This document shows positions 11,251 to 23,900 of a DNA stretch of 64,000 bases, piece by piece. Source of the stretch: Eremomyces bilateralis CBS 781.70 (taxonomy: Eukaryota); the NCBI GenBank assembly GCA_010015585.1, contig ML975153.1. One strand, written 5' to 3'. The position numbers and the translations under genes were made by a program. The notes under the pieces are model-generated. The model saw only the letters and a program-made list of their open reading frames with translations. It searched no databases and had not been told where the DNA came from. Position 1 is the stretch's first letter, and each line of letters begins with the position of its first letter.

Positions 11251-12170
11251 AACGGCTCTATCCAGCCTCTAAAGGAACGTTCGGGCGATGGACGGGCTAT
11301 GAAAGAGGAGGATATTGTCTCAGATCTCGACGTAGGACAGATCCCCTGTAACGAGCCCAGTGTTGCTACACGGCGTTGAGTTTGGTTCCAGGCAAGAGAA
11401 TTAGACAACCGAGTGCCTGCTCGGCCGAATTGGACGAGACACAAAAGCCGTCATCCACCCCACTCCAACCCGAAAGCTTGATTTCGTCCAAAAGATCTTC
11501 CAATATCAGACACTGCCCTTCTCGATGTTATCGAGTACCGAGCATGTCTACCTCCGCTCTCTATCCTGTCGATGCCAACGAAACAGGTCGCAGACATTTT
11601 CAAGCACTTTCCTCCCATCGCCCCAGACCTTGCCCTCCTACCTTCTCTACCCACCGTTGACAAGGGCACTGCCCCGTCCTCCGCATCTCCGGGAACGTCA
11701 CCATGTGACTCCATCACGATGCCACGGCAACCATCCTCACCCAATGGCGCAGGCGGAAGATAGTCTCTCTATTCCCTCCGTTGGATGTCGATCGGCTCCA
11801 CGTCGCCTCTGAACATCATCGCGAGTTCCGAGGCTCTTGGGGAACGGAGCTGGGTGGTGCGGTGAAGATGTTTTTCGGGGCTTGGAGGGATATGCGACGG
11901 GACGGGATATCTACGGCAACGGGGATCTGGAGGCCTATGAGATCGGGCGCAGGGAGATTCGGTGATGGTGAAGGGCGCGGAGGATGGTGGCACTTCGTGT
12001 TGTAACAAGTAGAACTGGCGTCACGCAGTCAACGGCCGGACGTTGGATCCTCAAGCGGGGGTGGGGAATGGCTATTTGCAAAAGACCAGGACAGCGTTGA
12101 AGGAACTACCGAAGGAACTGGTAGATTTCTATTCCCGTCGGCTGGCTAAGGAACTCCGGACTCGACGGAT
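11251..12170 (+). pseudogene. Decayed JmjC (TYW5-like/cupin) domain remnant, apparently the former C-terminus of PPM2
   Basis: Colinear fragments across frames: PVLLHGVEFG..EN*TTECL..IGRDTKAVIH..LDFVQKIFQYQTLPF..HVYLRSLS / PTKQVADIFKHFPPIAPDL / PVLRISGNVTM*LHHDATATILTQ..KIVSLFPPLDV / AVKMFF / GYATGRDIYGNGDLEAYEIGR / LPKELVDFYSRRLAKEL. Stops at 11402-11404 and 11706-11708, plus at least 4 frameshifts. Confidence 0.8.
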
Positions 12171-12427
12171 GAGCTGCTCCATCCACTCCAAAACACCATC
12201 CTGTACCTACACATCAATAGGACTGCCCTACACATGTTCACAGATCGAGAGAAAAAACCACGTTTCCTTCGAAGTGTTACTCGTTCATTACTGATGGTAC
12301 ACCATTGATGCTCGGGAGAAATTATCCTTCTCCGCCCAACGTGAATGTTTTTCAACTGCAGTGTATACACATCTTCTATGCTTCGTGATGCTGAGAACTC
12401 GTGACATGCCACCGATACCCGTCGCGC

Positions 12428-13514
12428 TCACAGGAAATAGTCGGGCGTTCGTCGGGAGACCATAGGCTCGCCCGCCCGCGGACATGGGTCGAATTGCAAG
12501 CTGGGGGGGATGTTAGGATGCGGATGGAGGAGTCGAGCGACGGGGACTTACAAAGTATACTTCAAGTGCTCGTCTATTTCCATGATTGCGGCCTGATTTC
12601 CGCAGCGATAACAGTAGTTCGGTGCTATTTCGCGTTAGTAATCGATGAGCGAGCCGCAAGAGCGGTGGCATACCTGAAAAGATGGTAACGACATTCCGGT
12701 CTTGAGACCAATTATACCCTTCCATGACCAGCTGGTGCGCACGCGCGACCAATGTCAGCCCGTTGTTATGATTGAATGCCTCCGAGATGTCCTGGCCGAA
12801 CGTGTACCCGGCGCCGCGCGGGGAGATCCCCCATCCGCATCGATCATCGGGATCCGACCACAGCAGATCGCACATAGGACCCTCATGCGGGACCTCCTGT
12901 ATCCGATCCAGGGCGCGGATGTTGTCGAGGGTGTCGATGCTCGGGCTCAGGCCGCCGTGCAGGCAGAAGATCTGATTGTTGATGAGGGCGGTGAGGGGAA
13001 GGTAGTCGAAGAGGTCGGTGAAGAACTTCCAGACGTTGGCGTTGCCATACTTGCGCAGGCACTCGTCGTAGAAGCCGTACACCTGGGTGATCTGGCGGGA
13101 CTCGTGGTTGCCGCGGAGGATAGTGATACGTTGGGGGTAGCGGATCTTCAGGGCGACGAGGAGGGTGACGGTCTCGACGGAGAAGTAGCCGCGGTCGACG
13201 TAGTCGCCCATGAAGAGGTAGTTGGTGTCTGGGTTGGGCCCGCCGATCTTGAAGAGTTCCATCAGGTCGTGGAATTGGCCGTGGATGTCGCCGCACACGG
13301 TTACGGGGCATTTGACGGGTTGCACGTTGGACTCCTCCTGGAGAACTTCTCGAGCTTTATCGCACAGCCGTTCGACCTCTGCCTCCGATAACTGCTTACA
13401 GCTCATGAGGCTGTCGATCCACGAGTCTAGGGTGTTGATGGAGGCGGGTTCGGAGTTGGACGTGATTTGTTGGACTTCCGGGGATCTCCCGACGTCTTCC
13501 ATGTTGGTATCCAT
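12428..13514 (-). CDS. PPH21: Serine/threonine protein phosphatase 2A catalytic subunit (PPH21/PPH22/pphA-type), ~328 aa
   Basis: [31 protein letters not shown] and C-terminal RRTPDYFL. Introns 12625-12673 and 12501-12551. Confidence 0.96.
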
Positions 13515-13940
13515 GGTTATATTCGAACTCTCAGTAAATACGGGCAACGAGGCCGAAAGATCAGTGGTGACACCTCGAAACGGGACGGCGTGTGGATTGA
13601 ATTAGGTGGGTTGTGGTGTGAGGCCTGGAGGGAAGGGGGGAGCGATTGGGCATGTAGTAGCTGTACGTGGGTGATCGGAGAGGAGTTGAATAGACCTAAG
13701 CGTCGCACAAGGAGTCAAGGGTATCGCGAATGACGGGAAAAGAGACGATGGCAGCAAGAAGGGTGGATTATGTTATGGGGTTGACGACATGTTTTCGGAC
13801 ACAATCACATCAATCTGGACGAGTAGCGTCAGCCAGGAGCTGCCATGAATTCGGGGAGACGATTTTCCGTTCCGGAGACATGATCCAATCAACGTAGCGG
13901 AGATCTCCCGTCACAAGGCTGGAGTAATGGCTTGCTGCCT

Positions 13941-13987
13941 TGCTGACTTGCTAGTTGCTGCCTTGCTGCCTTGCTGCCCTGCTGCCT
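13941..13987 (+). repeat. Imperfect 8-nt tandem repeat (CTTGCTGC x~6) in the divergent intergenic region, just before a TATAGAA element
   Basis: cttgctgc cttgctga cttgctag ttgctgc cttgctgc cttgctgc cctgctgc. Confidence 0.7.
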
Positions 13988-14375
13988 GGTATAGAAGTGC
14001 GGTATGGTTCGTGCAGCGGCCGAGGCACACCCCTGTCAAACTATGTGGCTGAAAAGTGGGACATGCGGAGGCTGGCACCAGCCCCTCCAAAGTGAAGCAT
14101 CGGGTGGTCGGTCGTAGTGAAGCATGATAATGCATTTCCTTGCTACTTCTCGACTGTTGTGCTTCTCTTCCTTCACCTACCCGTTGAACCAAACCTTACA
14201 GAATCACTCGTTGATACCAGCCTTTTTACTTGTCCACGTGCTTTACCGATCTCGCCGCATTCAGAAAGCCTAGGGAGGTGTCAAACTCCCACTTCCCATC
14301 GTCAGTTCACGATCCGGCTCACATTCCTCCAACAATCGGATCGGAATTCCCGCCCACTGGGCGCAGTCGATCGGA

Positions 14376-15607
14376 ATGGCACGACCCCCTTGCATCGCAT
14401 CGCTCCCCAAATTCCTCGTTCTCCTCGCCCTCTCTCAACTCTCCACCACATCCCCCCTTCCCACCGACGTGATCATCGAAGACCACCCCGACTACCAGAA
14501 CCACACCCTCTCAAAGCGACAAGCCTGCGCCAATCCCTGCGGATGGGCCGGCCAGCTCTGCTGCGCATCGAACCAAGCCTGCTTCATCGACTCGAACAAC
14601 CAAGCGCAATGCGGGCAAAGTAGCGGATCTCAAGGCGGGCAACTACAAGGAGCGCCAGCAGGTGGATCGGGGTCCGATGGACAGTGGAAAACGTGGACCT
14701 CCACCTGGGTCGAAACGGATCTGGTCACGATGACCTCCGTCTACAGCTCCTACATCGCCGGCGCCCAAGCGACCGCCGCCCCAACCGGAAAGTCATGCCG
14801 TTTCGAACTCAATGAGTCGCCGTGCGGAGACATCTGCTGCGCGAGCGGGCAGTACTGCTACGACCACAATCAGTGCGCCGCCGCCGGTAACGCGGGCTAC
14901 ACCACCACCGGCATCCTCCCCCCGGCGTCGGTCCCACTCCGTCCGACCGGCGGAACGGGCGTCGTCACCACTGCCACCGTGGCGCCCACGACCACCGTCC
15001 CGTACGCCCCGCCTGTCGCGACCGGCGCAAACGTCGATGAGCCCCTGACCGGGACGGGAGGCGGCGGACTGAGCGGTGGCGCCATCGCCGGAATCGTCAT
15101 CGGCGTGCTCGCGGCGATCACCATCCTCATCTTCATCTGCGTGTGCTGCGTGGCGCGCGGCATGTTGGCCGGTGTCCTGGCGATCCTGGGTCTGGGTAAG
15201 AAGAAGGATCACCGCCATCACCGACGGTCCGAGTATATCGAGGAACACCATCATCGCCATAGCTCCGCGGGGGGTTCGGGTCGACGGTGGTATGGTGACC
15301 GACCGGCGCGGCCGGAGAAGAAGAAGACTGGATTGGGAGGGGCGACGGGGGTGGCGGCGGGACTGGCGGGGCTGGCGATCGCGCTGGGTCTCAAGAGGAA
15401 GCATGATCGGAAACATGCGAAGACGGAGTATTCGGGAAGCGATTACACCTATGGATCCGAGAGTAGTCCGAGTAAGTAAACCGGTTCATGACCGTTGTCG
15501 AGTCGATGCTAACAATGTGTTTAGGTAGCTTGAGTTCTTCAGATCGACACACTCGACGATCGTCACGACCGTCACGCCCGTCACATCCTCCATCACGACG
15601 ACACTGA
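14376..15607 (+). CDS. Cys-rich, Ser/Thr-rich type I membrane protein (Mid2/Wsc-like architecture), ~392 aa
   Basis: Signal-like N-terminus, LSKR/QAC Kex2-like site, two C-G-x2-5-CC-x5-C modules, Thr-rich stalk, LSGGAIAGIVIGV TM helix and basic/His-rich cytoplasmic tail. Intron 15472-15524. Confidence 0.8.
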
Positions 15608-16260
15608 GGAGTGACGAGTGACGAGTTCCGAACGAACGGGAGATAATGGAAGGACGACTGATGGCATTTAGCAGCAGAGCATGGATGTCCCTTTTCGGGA
15701 CAATGGCGTTTAAAAGAGGCAGGCTGTGGACACCTCTGGTTCACAGCAAGGCCTCTTACCCTTTGCCTTTGTAAATCAGCTTTCTAGGGAATAATGTAGA
15801 TATGGGATGCCTTGGGCTATGAGCGAATCAGGGTCGGCAAATTGAGCCACGAAGGAACGAAATTCATCGAAAGGAGATTAGCTTTTTGCACGATCCTCAT
15901 ATATCGGAATTTGAGATGTGACACAAAATCTTCAAGCCTCAATCGATGGTGTACTGTATTCGGATGACCATGAGCAACGAAATGAGAATGGAACTGAGCC
16001 AGTGACGCACGTGAAACGTTGAAGTGCCTGACGGCCTGAGGTGTCATCTCAGTATCCGAAGATCCCCCGACGCTAGTAAGCTCCGCTTCCAACAGCCACT
16101 TCAGATCACGACTTCAGTTGCTTCACCTCTCCTCGACCGTCATCTCATTCAACCAACAGCCATTGCGTGCCATCCAGCCATCGCCGCATCGCCCCGTGCC
16201 CCTCTTCCCTATTCTCCAAATCCCACCATCCCACCCGCCTACACCACCCCCTTCCCAACC

Positions 16261-16688
16261 ATGCGCCTCCCCCGCCCCACCTCCACCGCCCTCTGCACCC
16301 TCCGGTCCCGCACGACCACGACCACCACCCCCCGCCGAACCTTCACCACTACCCTCCCCCGACCCAGCGGCGGCGAGCCCCACTACGAGCCCCCTTCCGG
16401 ATGGCTGTGGGGAATCCAGCCGGGCCAGAAGTACGAGAGCGAGGGATGGGAGAACGTGTTCATCTATGGGTTTATGGGGAGCTTTGGGCTGTTGGCGGTG
16501 GCGTATGCGTTTAAGCCGGATACGAGGTACGTTGATTTATTCCCATCGGCAGAGGGGCTGTTGATTCGGGGGGGTTGAGGGGACTGTTGGCTGATGGAAT
16601 TGGTTACAGCATCCAGACATGGGCGATCGAGGAAGCGCGGAGGCGGTTGGAGAAGGAGGGGATCTTGCCAGACCCGGATGCGGAGTGA
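16261..16688 (+). CDS. NADH:ubiquinone oxidoreductase ESSS subunit (NDUFB11 homolog), ~114 aa
   Basis: Arg/Thr-rich mitochondrial presequence, HYEPPSGWLWG..PGQKYESEGWE, one TM helix and FKPDTSIQTWAIEEARRRLEKEG. Intron 16527-16609. Confidence 0.9.
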
Positions 16689-17159
16689 TGAGAACAGGTT
16701 GATGTGACATACACGTAAGCTAAATCTCATCCTCTCAGCGTGCCGTGGATTGACGAGACAGGACCTAGAGCGACGGCATAGAGACCCGGGTAGATTTCTG
16801 TCATGGCGTTCAGCGGACATTTGGGTGACTCATTGATGGTGTTTCCGTCTATACATATTACCAAACCCTTGGAATTCGACGTTGCTTATCACTATGGTTG
16901 CTTCCTTGTGTTCTATTTGACGTACCTTGTGTTCGGCCATTCCCAGACGATTTTCTTCACGGGGGATCTTGATCATAGTGATCTATGACATGACATACGT
17001 TGACTCATAGCTTCTCTTTCTCGCCTATATATGCTCCATCACGCCAGGATCTCTCCGTCCACTACAATCCTCCCTACGTTTATCCTCACGTTTTCTCCCA
17101 CCTAACCAGATTTAAACACTCATCAACCACCTCCAGTTATCCACACCATCCATCCCACC

Positions 17160-17420
17160 ATGTGCATCCGTCTCGCCATCCACCACGCCTGCGGCCACCT
17201 CCGCGTCCTCGCCATCCCCTGCTCGGCCACCATCCCCTTCAAGACCTACACCCGCCAGATGATTCCCGGCTGCGCGGCGACGTTCCCGGGCTTCGAGCAC
17301 TATTTCAAGACGACGCTAGATTGTAGCATGTGTTCGGTGCTGGGTAAGGAAGAGGGGGGGAAGGGGAAGGGGAAGAGGCAGTGGGGACCGTGGGTTCTTG
17401 GGGAGGAGGGAGAGGATTGA
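17160..17420 (+). CDS. Small hypothetical Cys/His protein (MC..CGH..C..C..CxxC pattern), 86 aa
   Basis: ATG in CACCATG context after a pyrimidine-rich leader; MCIRLAIHHACGH...C...C...CSMC; coding-like C-rich third positions. Confidence 0.5.
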   Translation: MCIRLAIHHACGHLRVLAIPCSATIPFKTYTRQMIPGCAATFPGFEHYFKTTLDCSMCSVLGKEEGGKGKGKRQWGPWVLGEEGED

Positions 17421-17999
17421 GGAGGGGAGTAGTTGGGGTGCGAGGGGAGAGAGGGGTTTGTGAAGGGATGGTTTTAGTAGAGGTTTAGGTGCTGCACGAC
17501 GGCTTGGGCTGATTAATTTTGAATTCTACAAATATCCATTGGGTGAGATCTGGCTACTAGATACCTTTGAAATGTTCCATAACTCAAATGACATTGTTCC
17601 GCGTTGTATAGCTCAGTAACGGTTTGCCTGATGAAGACACCATAGTGTTGGGTATCGACTTTGTCAAACCATCGACGCTGAGAATGCACAATAAATTGAC
17701 CAGTGATAAAAATTCGCATGAATTGAAGTGCTCGAAGGCAAAAAATGGGTATCAATGTTAGCAAGAAAAATACATGGAATGGCCAAAAGCCACCGCCATG
17801 GTCCACCGCGCCACGAGAAATATGGCAACGGCACCGAATGAAAATACCCAAAACGAATGAGCCGGGTATCCTTGATCATCACCGTATCGTGGAAACCGTG
17901 ATCGAGCCAAATGATCGAAAACGGGTGCGCACATCGTCCAACTCCACTGCCCATTGCCGTACCGCAGAAATGTAGCCTCGTAATTCCCTCGTCAATCCC

Positions 18000-20900
18000 T
18001 CATATCCCCAACTTCTTCAACCACCCCCCCGACTTCTTCACGGGTTGGGGCAGATCATAATGCGTCGACCTGCGCGCCCGATCCCGTCCCCGCTCCCGAT
18101 CCTCCCGCTTGCCATAGCCCCTCCTCCTCTCTTTCGCCTCTCGCCGCAACCGCTCCCCGTCACTCTCCTCATCCACCGCCCGCCCCACGTCCTCCGCCTC
18201 CGGATTCGGCTGATCATCCATCACCGTCCCTTCCAGCGGCGGTGGCGGCGGTGGCGAGCTATTCACGCTATGCACCCATGACGACGTCTTGTCCTTCCCC
18301 GACGACAGATACGGCCGCATCGGGTCGCTGCCCGCGTGCCGCGAACTTACCCCCTCTGGGACTGGCGCTGGCGCTGACGTCTTGCGCCGGCTCGACGGCG
18401 TCCGACCAACTTGCTCGCTGCGCCGCCGCGCCTTGCGCTCGTCGTGCCGCGCGCGTCGCTCCTCGTCGCTTGTCCGCGATCGATGCTCCGCATAACTTCG
18501 GCGCCGATCGGTATTTGGGCGTTCTCGCTCCCGCTCTCGCTCCCTCTCCCGCCGCCGCTCCCGCCGCTCGGTGTCCCGGCGCAAATCCTCCTCTTCCTGC
18601 CGCCGTTGCTCGTCCTCCTGCCGCCGCCGCTCTTCCCTTGCGGCGCGTCTCTCCGCTTTCCGGGCGGCCGCCTCCTCCTCGTCGCGACGGAGGCGGTCCT
18701 CTTCCCGTCGTCGACGGCGTTCGCGCCGGGCGTCCTCTTCGGCGCGGACGCGCTCAGCTTCGCGCTCGCGCTCGGCTCGGCGCGCGGCGCGGCGTTCGGC
18801 GCGGCGGGCTTCGACTTCTTCGGCGTCGGTGCTGGTCGTCGTGGCGCGGGTACCGTATGCGTCGGTGGTGAAGCCTTCGTCGTCGGTCGTTGCGCGACGG
18901 GAGGGTTTCTCGCGGCGGTTGTCGCGACGAGTGGGCTTTTCGCGGGACCGGCGATCGGGCGCTTCGGCAGCGCGCTTCTTGGCGCTGCTCATGCCGAAGA
19001 AGCTCATGAGGCCGCCACCGCCTGAGACGCTGGGCTCGCGGGGCTTGCCACTGCTGCCGGCACGTCGGGCGGTGGGGCCGCGGCGAGGGGTCTCGGCGAT
19101 GAAGTCACCGGCACCTATAGTAGTGTCGGGTGCTACGTCGGCCATAGCGGCGTCCTCCATTCCAGAGTCGACGAGCCTGGATTCCCGCTTTGACTTTCGC
19201 CTTCCCATCCAATCTGCACGAGACATCGGGGGCGGTTCGGCCGCATGAGCGACACCAGCATCGTCCCCGTCCTCCGTGTCGTCCTCGTCGTCCTCGTCGT
19301 CCAACGCATAGGGGTCTGGGACGCTCTTTCTCCGCTGCTTAGCACTCTTGCTCTGCGAGAGACCCATGATCTTTGCCGCCTTGTCCGCAATTTCGTCTTC
19401 CGGCGGAGTCGTCAGACCGGTAGGGGCGGTCGAGTCACGTCGTCGCTCGGACCGCTCGCGGGTCGACTTCGATCGCTGAGGCGTTGGGGTTCCGAAGAGC
19501 GACAAGCCACCGCTGGCGCGAGTCGATTTCGAACGACTCGGTGTTGCGGCAGTTGATGCGCGTCGCAACGCTTTCTCGTCGGACGATTTCCCGGCGTCAA
19601 CCTCGGTGGACTTCGATGATTTATCCACCGGCCGACGGGCCGATTTCGAGCGCGACAATGCCGGAGGCGCCATCTTTTCCTTCGGCGGAGATTCGGACTC
19701 GTCCTTGGACTTCTTCCGGGGCTCGGCAGGCTTCGGCGCAGAGCCCCAGAAACCCCAGGACGCCGTGTTGGAACTGCGGACGACCCGCGCGCGCTCTTTC
19801 TTGGCGGGGGTGGATGGTTTCTTTAGATCCTCTTCTATCTCTGGCGGCGGAGTCGGCAGCTTGCCTTCTTCGGGCTCCACCGCAGTTGTGCTTCCCGACC
19901 CTTGCGTTCCTTCTGTCGTAGCTGGCTCCGCTTTTGCGATGTTGTTCGGTGGTGACTTCGACGATTTGGTGGTCTTTTTGAGCGTAGACTTTCGGGCGAG
20001 TTTCGCTGAAGCAGCAGGCATTCTCTCCGCTTTCTTCTCGAGTTCTTTCTCTTCTTCTTTGGCAGGTTCCTCGTCTTCGTCGTCGTCGTCGGGGAATCCT
20101 CCAGGCACAGGAGAAGAGCTCTTTCGCGGCGGTTCGACTGGGATCTCGAGTTTCGATTCCTCGAGTAGTATATTAACTCCCTTCTTCTTCTTCGACTTCG
20201 CGACTTCTTTGGCAGTCTTCGGGGGTGGTTCGACAGGGAGCTCGACTTTCGGTTCCTCAGGCGGCGGACTCACTTCTTTCTTCTTCGACTTCGCCGTTTC
20301 TTTTGCGCCCTTCTTGAGTTTCTTGCTGGACACAACGACCTCAGGTTCTGGCTCTGGCTCTGGCTCTGGCTCTGGCTCTTCCACTTCGGGTTCGGGTTCA
20401 GGCTCGGGTTCAGGAATAGGCGCCTTCTTCTTCAACTTCTTCTCTTCCTTCTTGGTGAGTTTCTTGGACGTGGCTTTGGATGCTGAAGTGGCCTTTGTCA
20501 AAGTCCCCCAGTCATCGGCGACGGACTTGGGAGGAGGCGGGTCTTCGTCAGCATGGGGCGCGTCGTAGTCCGCGTCGCCTAGAAGGTTCTCGCCCGCGTC
20601 CGTGGCACCTTCCCTGTCATTGGCTGCTGCCTTGGATTTCGACAGGGGGTTGGTGGCGTCGGACTTAGCCGCTTTATTAGCGGATTTAAGCGAGATTCCC
20701 CAGAATGATCCCGCCTTGGCAGTTGTGGCTGCGGCTTCTTCCTTCTCGATCTCAGCCAAAGCCTCCTCCGCCGCTCTTTCCTCCTCCGCTGCTGCTTTGT
20801 CAGCCTCTTCCTTGGCCTTGGCCTCCTCCTCCTCTTTCTCCTTAGCAGCAGCTTCGGCCTTTTCCCTTTCGGCTTTCTCCCTGAGATACTTTCTGCGTGC

Positions 20901-23900
20901 CAGCGGCTTCATCTTTGCGAGCTTGGCCTGTTCCGCTGCCTCTTCCTTCTCCTTGCGCTCCGTTTCCTCCTGCTCCTTCCGCTCCTGTTCTTCCTTCTCG
21001 AGGCGTTCTTGTTCCTCCTGATCCAACCGCTCCTGTTCTTCCCTCTCCTGTTCCTCCTGTGCTTTCCGCTCCTTTTCCTCCTTCTCCCTCTCCTTCTTCG
21101 TCTTCGCTTTCGGTGTTGTGCTGGAGCCCCAACTGAACATACTACTCTTCTTGGGTTCTTCTTTCTTTTTCTTCTTCTCCTCTTCGGGGGCGGGTTCGGG
21201 CTCAGGGGGATCTTCGAGCACAGGGTCGTCAAGGATCGCCCAATCGGATACCTTTGACTTCTTTTTCTTCTTGCTGTCTGTCGATGATTTGGTGTCGGTC
21301 CTGAGAAGCTCATCGAGCATGTCTTTGGGTTCCTCAGCTATCGGTTCTTCTTCAGCGACCTTGGACTTCTCGCTGTCTTTGGTCGACGTCTTCGTCAGCT
21401 TGGCACCTTTCTTGCCCTTCTTGCCTTTGACGGGCGCCCCCCATAGGTCGTCGGCAGGCGGCGGTTCAACGGACTTTGGTGGTGGAACGTCCTCTTCAAC
21501 TTCATCGGCCAGGGGCACTGGAGGTGCTTCGATTTCCTTGGTCGCTTTCTTGGCAGCGGCTTTGCGCTTCTCCTTTTTGGTCATCATGACGAATCCTTCG
21601 GGCTCCTCATCCGCCTGACTTTTGACATCGTCGGGCTTTTGGGTCTCGATCTTACTGGCGTAATCGTCTACCACTTCAACCGGATCATACTTGCTCGTCT
21701 TCTTGGATTTCTTGTCCTTTTTCGATGTTGTTTTGAACCCAGAACTGAACAAGTCGTCGTCGCCGCCATTGCCTTCGTCAACCGCATCGGGCTTCATGGT
21801 TCGGGCGCTGTCGTGAGATGTGTATTTCTCAAGCGAGTCTTCCTGTTTACTCCCGATCAAGTCAAGTAGATCATCCGACTCCTTTGCGGCCGCTTTCTTG
21901 GTTTTGTCATCCTTTTTGCCTTTGGAACCCCAAGAAAATCCGGAGGTCAGACCCCAGAAGCTGCTGCTAGCCTCCTCCGGCTCCCCCTTGTCTTCCTCCT
22001 CGGCAATATCAGGAATCTCCGGAGGGGGATCTTCGTCTGGAATCGATGCGTTGGCGATGGAGTTGCGTTTCTTCTTCTTGTCAGCTTTGCTCTCAACTTT
22101 CGGCGGATCATCCTTTTCCACGATCGGCTCCTCGACCGCAAGGGATTTTTTGCCTTTCTTCTTTGACTTGATCGAGCCCCATGCATCCCCCCAGTCATCT
22201 TTATCTTCCACTTTCACGGGCTCCGGTTCGGGTTCGGGATCGGGATCCGGGGCCTTGGTGGCTTTGGACCCTTTCTTGCCCTTCTTTCCGACAGTCGGGG
22301 TAGGCGCCCAATCATCGAAAGTCATTTCGGGCTCAGGCTCGGGCTCGGGAACAGGTTCGGGTTCGGCAGGTTTGACCGGTTCGGGGGCTGATTTGCCCTT
22401 CTTCTTACTCTTCTTGCTGCTGAAGCCCCAGGTGTCATCCTCAATCTTCGGTTCTTCCTCTTTCGGAGGAGGCAACAGCTCTTCTACCTCCAAAATGGCA
22501 TTCTTGCCCTTCTTCTTGCCCTTCTTGCTGGTGGTGAACCCCCAGGCGTCGTCCTCAACCTTGGGCTCCTCTTCTTTGGAAGGGGGGGGTTCTTGGACCT
22601 CCTCGATGACATTCTTTCCTTTCTTCTTACTCTTCTTGGTGCTGCTGAAACCCCATGTGTCTTCCTCAACCTTAGGCTCTTCCTCTTCGGGAGGAGGCTC
22701 TTCAACCTCCTCGATGTCATTTTTGCCCTTCTTCTTGCTCTTCTTCGTACTAGTTGCCCAGTCATCCTCCTCTACCTTGAGTTCTTCTTCTTTAGGAGGA
22801 AGTTCTTCGACCTCCGCAATGACATTTTTGCCCTTCTTCTTACTCTTCTTCGTGCTGAACCCCCAGCCGTCGTCCTCAACCTTAGGCTCTTCTTCTTTGG
22901 GAGGGGGAGGTTCTTCGACCTCCGCGATAACATTCTTGCCCTTCTTCTTGCTCTTCTTCGTACTGAATCCCCAGCCATCGTCCTCAATCTTGGTCTCTTC
23001 TTCTTTAGGAGGGGAAGGAGGAGGTTCTTCGACTTCCAGGATGGCATTCTTGCCTTTCTTCTTGCTCTTCTTGGCACTGGAACCCCACAGGTCGTCCTCA
23101 ACCTTGGGCTCTTCTTTGGGAGGTGGGGGGTCTTCGAACTCCTCGATGGCGTTCCTCCCCTTCTTCTTCTTTTTGTCAGCCTTGGTTGTTGTCCCCCAGC
23201 CAGAAGAACCCCAGATATCGGTCGAACTTTTGCCATCGGCTGCAGCCGCCACAGCAACGTCTTTGGTCGTATCGGGCTCATCATCTTCGAGAAAGCCGAA
23301 GCCTTTCTTTTTGTCCTTCTTGGAGACGCCGCCTAACCCCCAAGGGTCGGAAGCCTTCTCCTCCTTTTTACTCTCCTCCTCTTCCTCCTCGAAACCAAAG
23401 TCAAACCCAGTAGATATCGTGGTCTTGTTCTTCCGAGTCGAATTGCCCCAAGAAAAGCCCGCGTCCTCCTCCTCGTCCTTCTTCTTATTGTCGTTGCCAT
23501 CCACGCTATCCCAGAAATTGTCGCCAAACGTGGATGTCTTTGGCTTGCTCTCCTCCGCGCCACCAAGGCCCCACTTGGAAGATCCCCAACCGCCCCCGCC
23601 CCCGCCCCAGCCAGAGCCGAAGTCGAGGCTCGATTTGGTGTTGCCGCTGTCGAGACCGAGATCACCAAGTTTAGGTGCGTCATCGTCACCGTTCTTAGGA
23701 GACGAGGCATCGTCCAAATTGATGTCCATGAACTTGTTCGTATCGGCCGGAGGAGGGTCTTCCTTCTGGCCCTTTTTGCCCTTCTTCTTCTTCTTGCTGG
23801 CCGTGGTTCCCCATCCGCCAAAATCGTCCAACGGATCCGCCTCCTTCGCCGCCTCGGCAGCCTTTGCAGCCTCCTCCTCTTCTTCCTTCTTCCGTCGTTC

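Noticed and set aside
11402..11708. TAG/TGA at likely Trp positions as A-to-I editing-restored stops or readthrough
   Set aside because: Multiple frameshifts and a deletion in the same segment cannot be repaired by editing.
12702..13391. 229-aa + strand ORF
   Set aside because: Antisense to PP2A; explained by strong GC3 codon bias.
22397..23165. Regularly spaced repeats as a CRISPR-like array
   Set aside because: Eukaryotic in-frame coding tandem repeats without unique spacers or cas genes.
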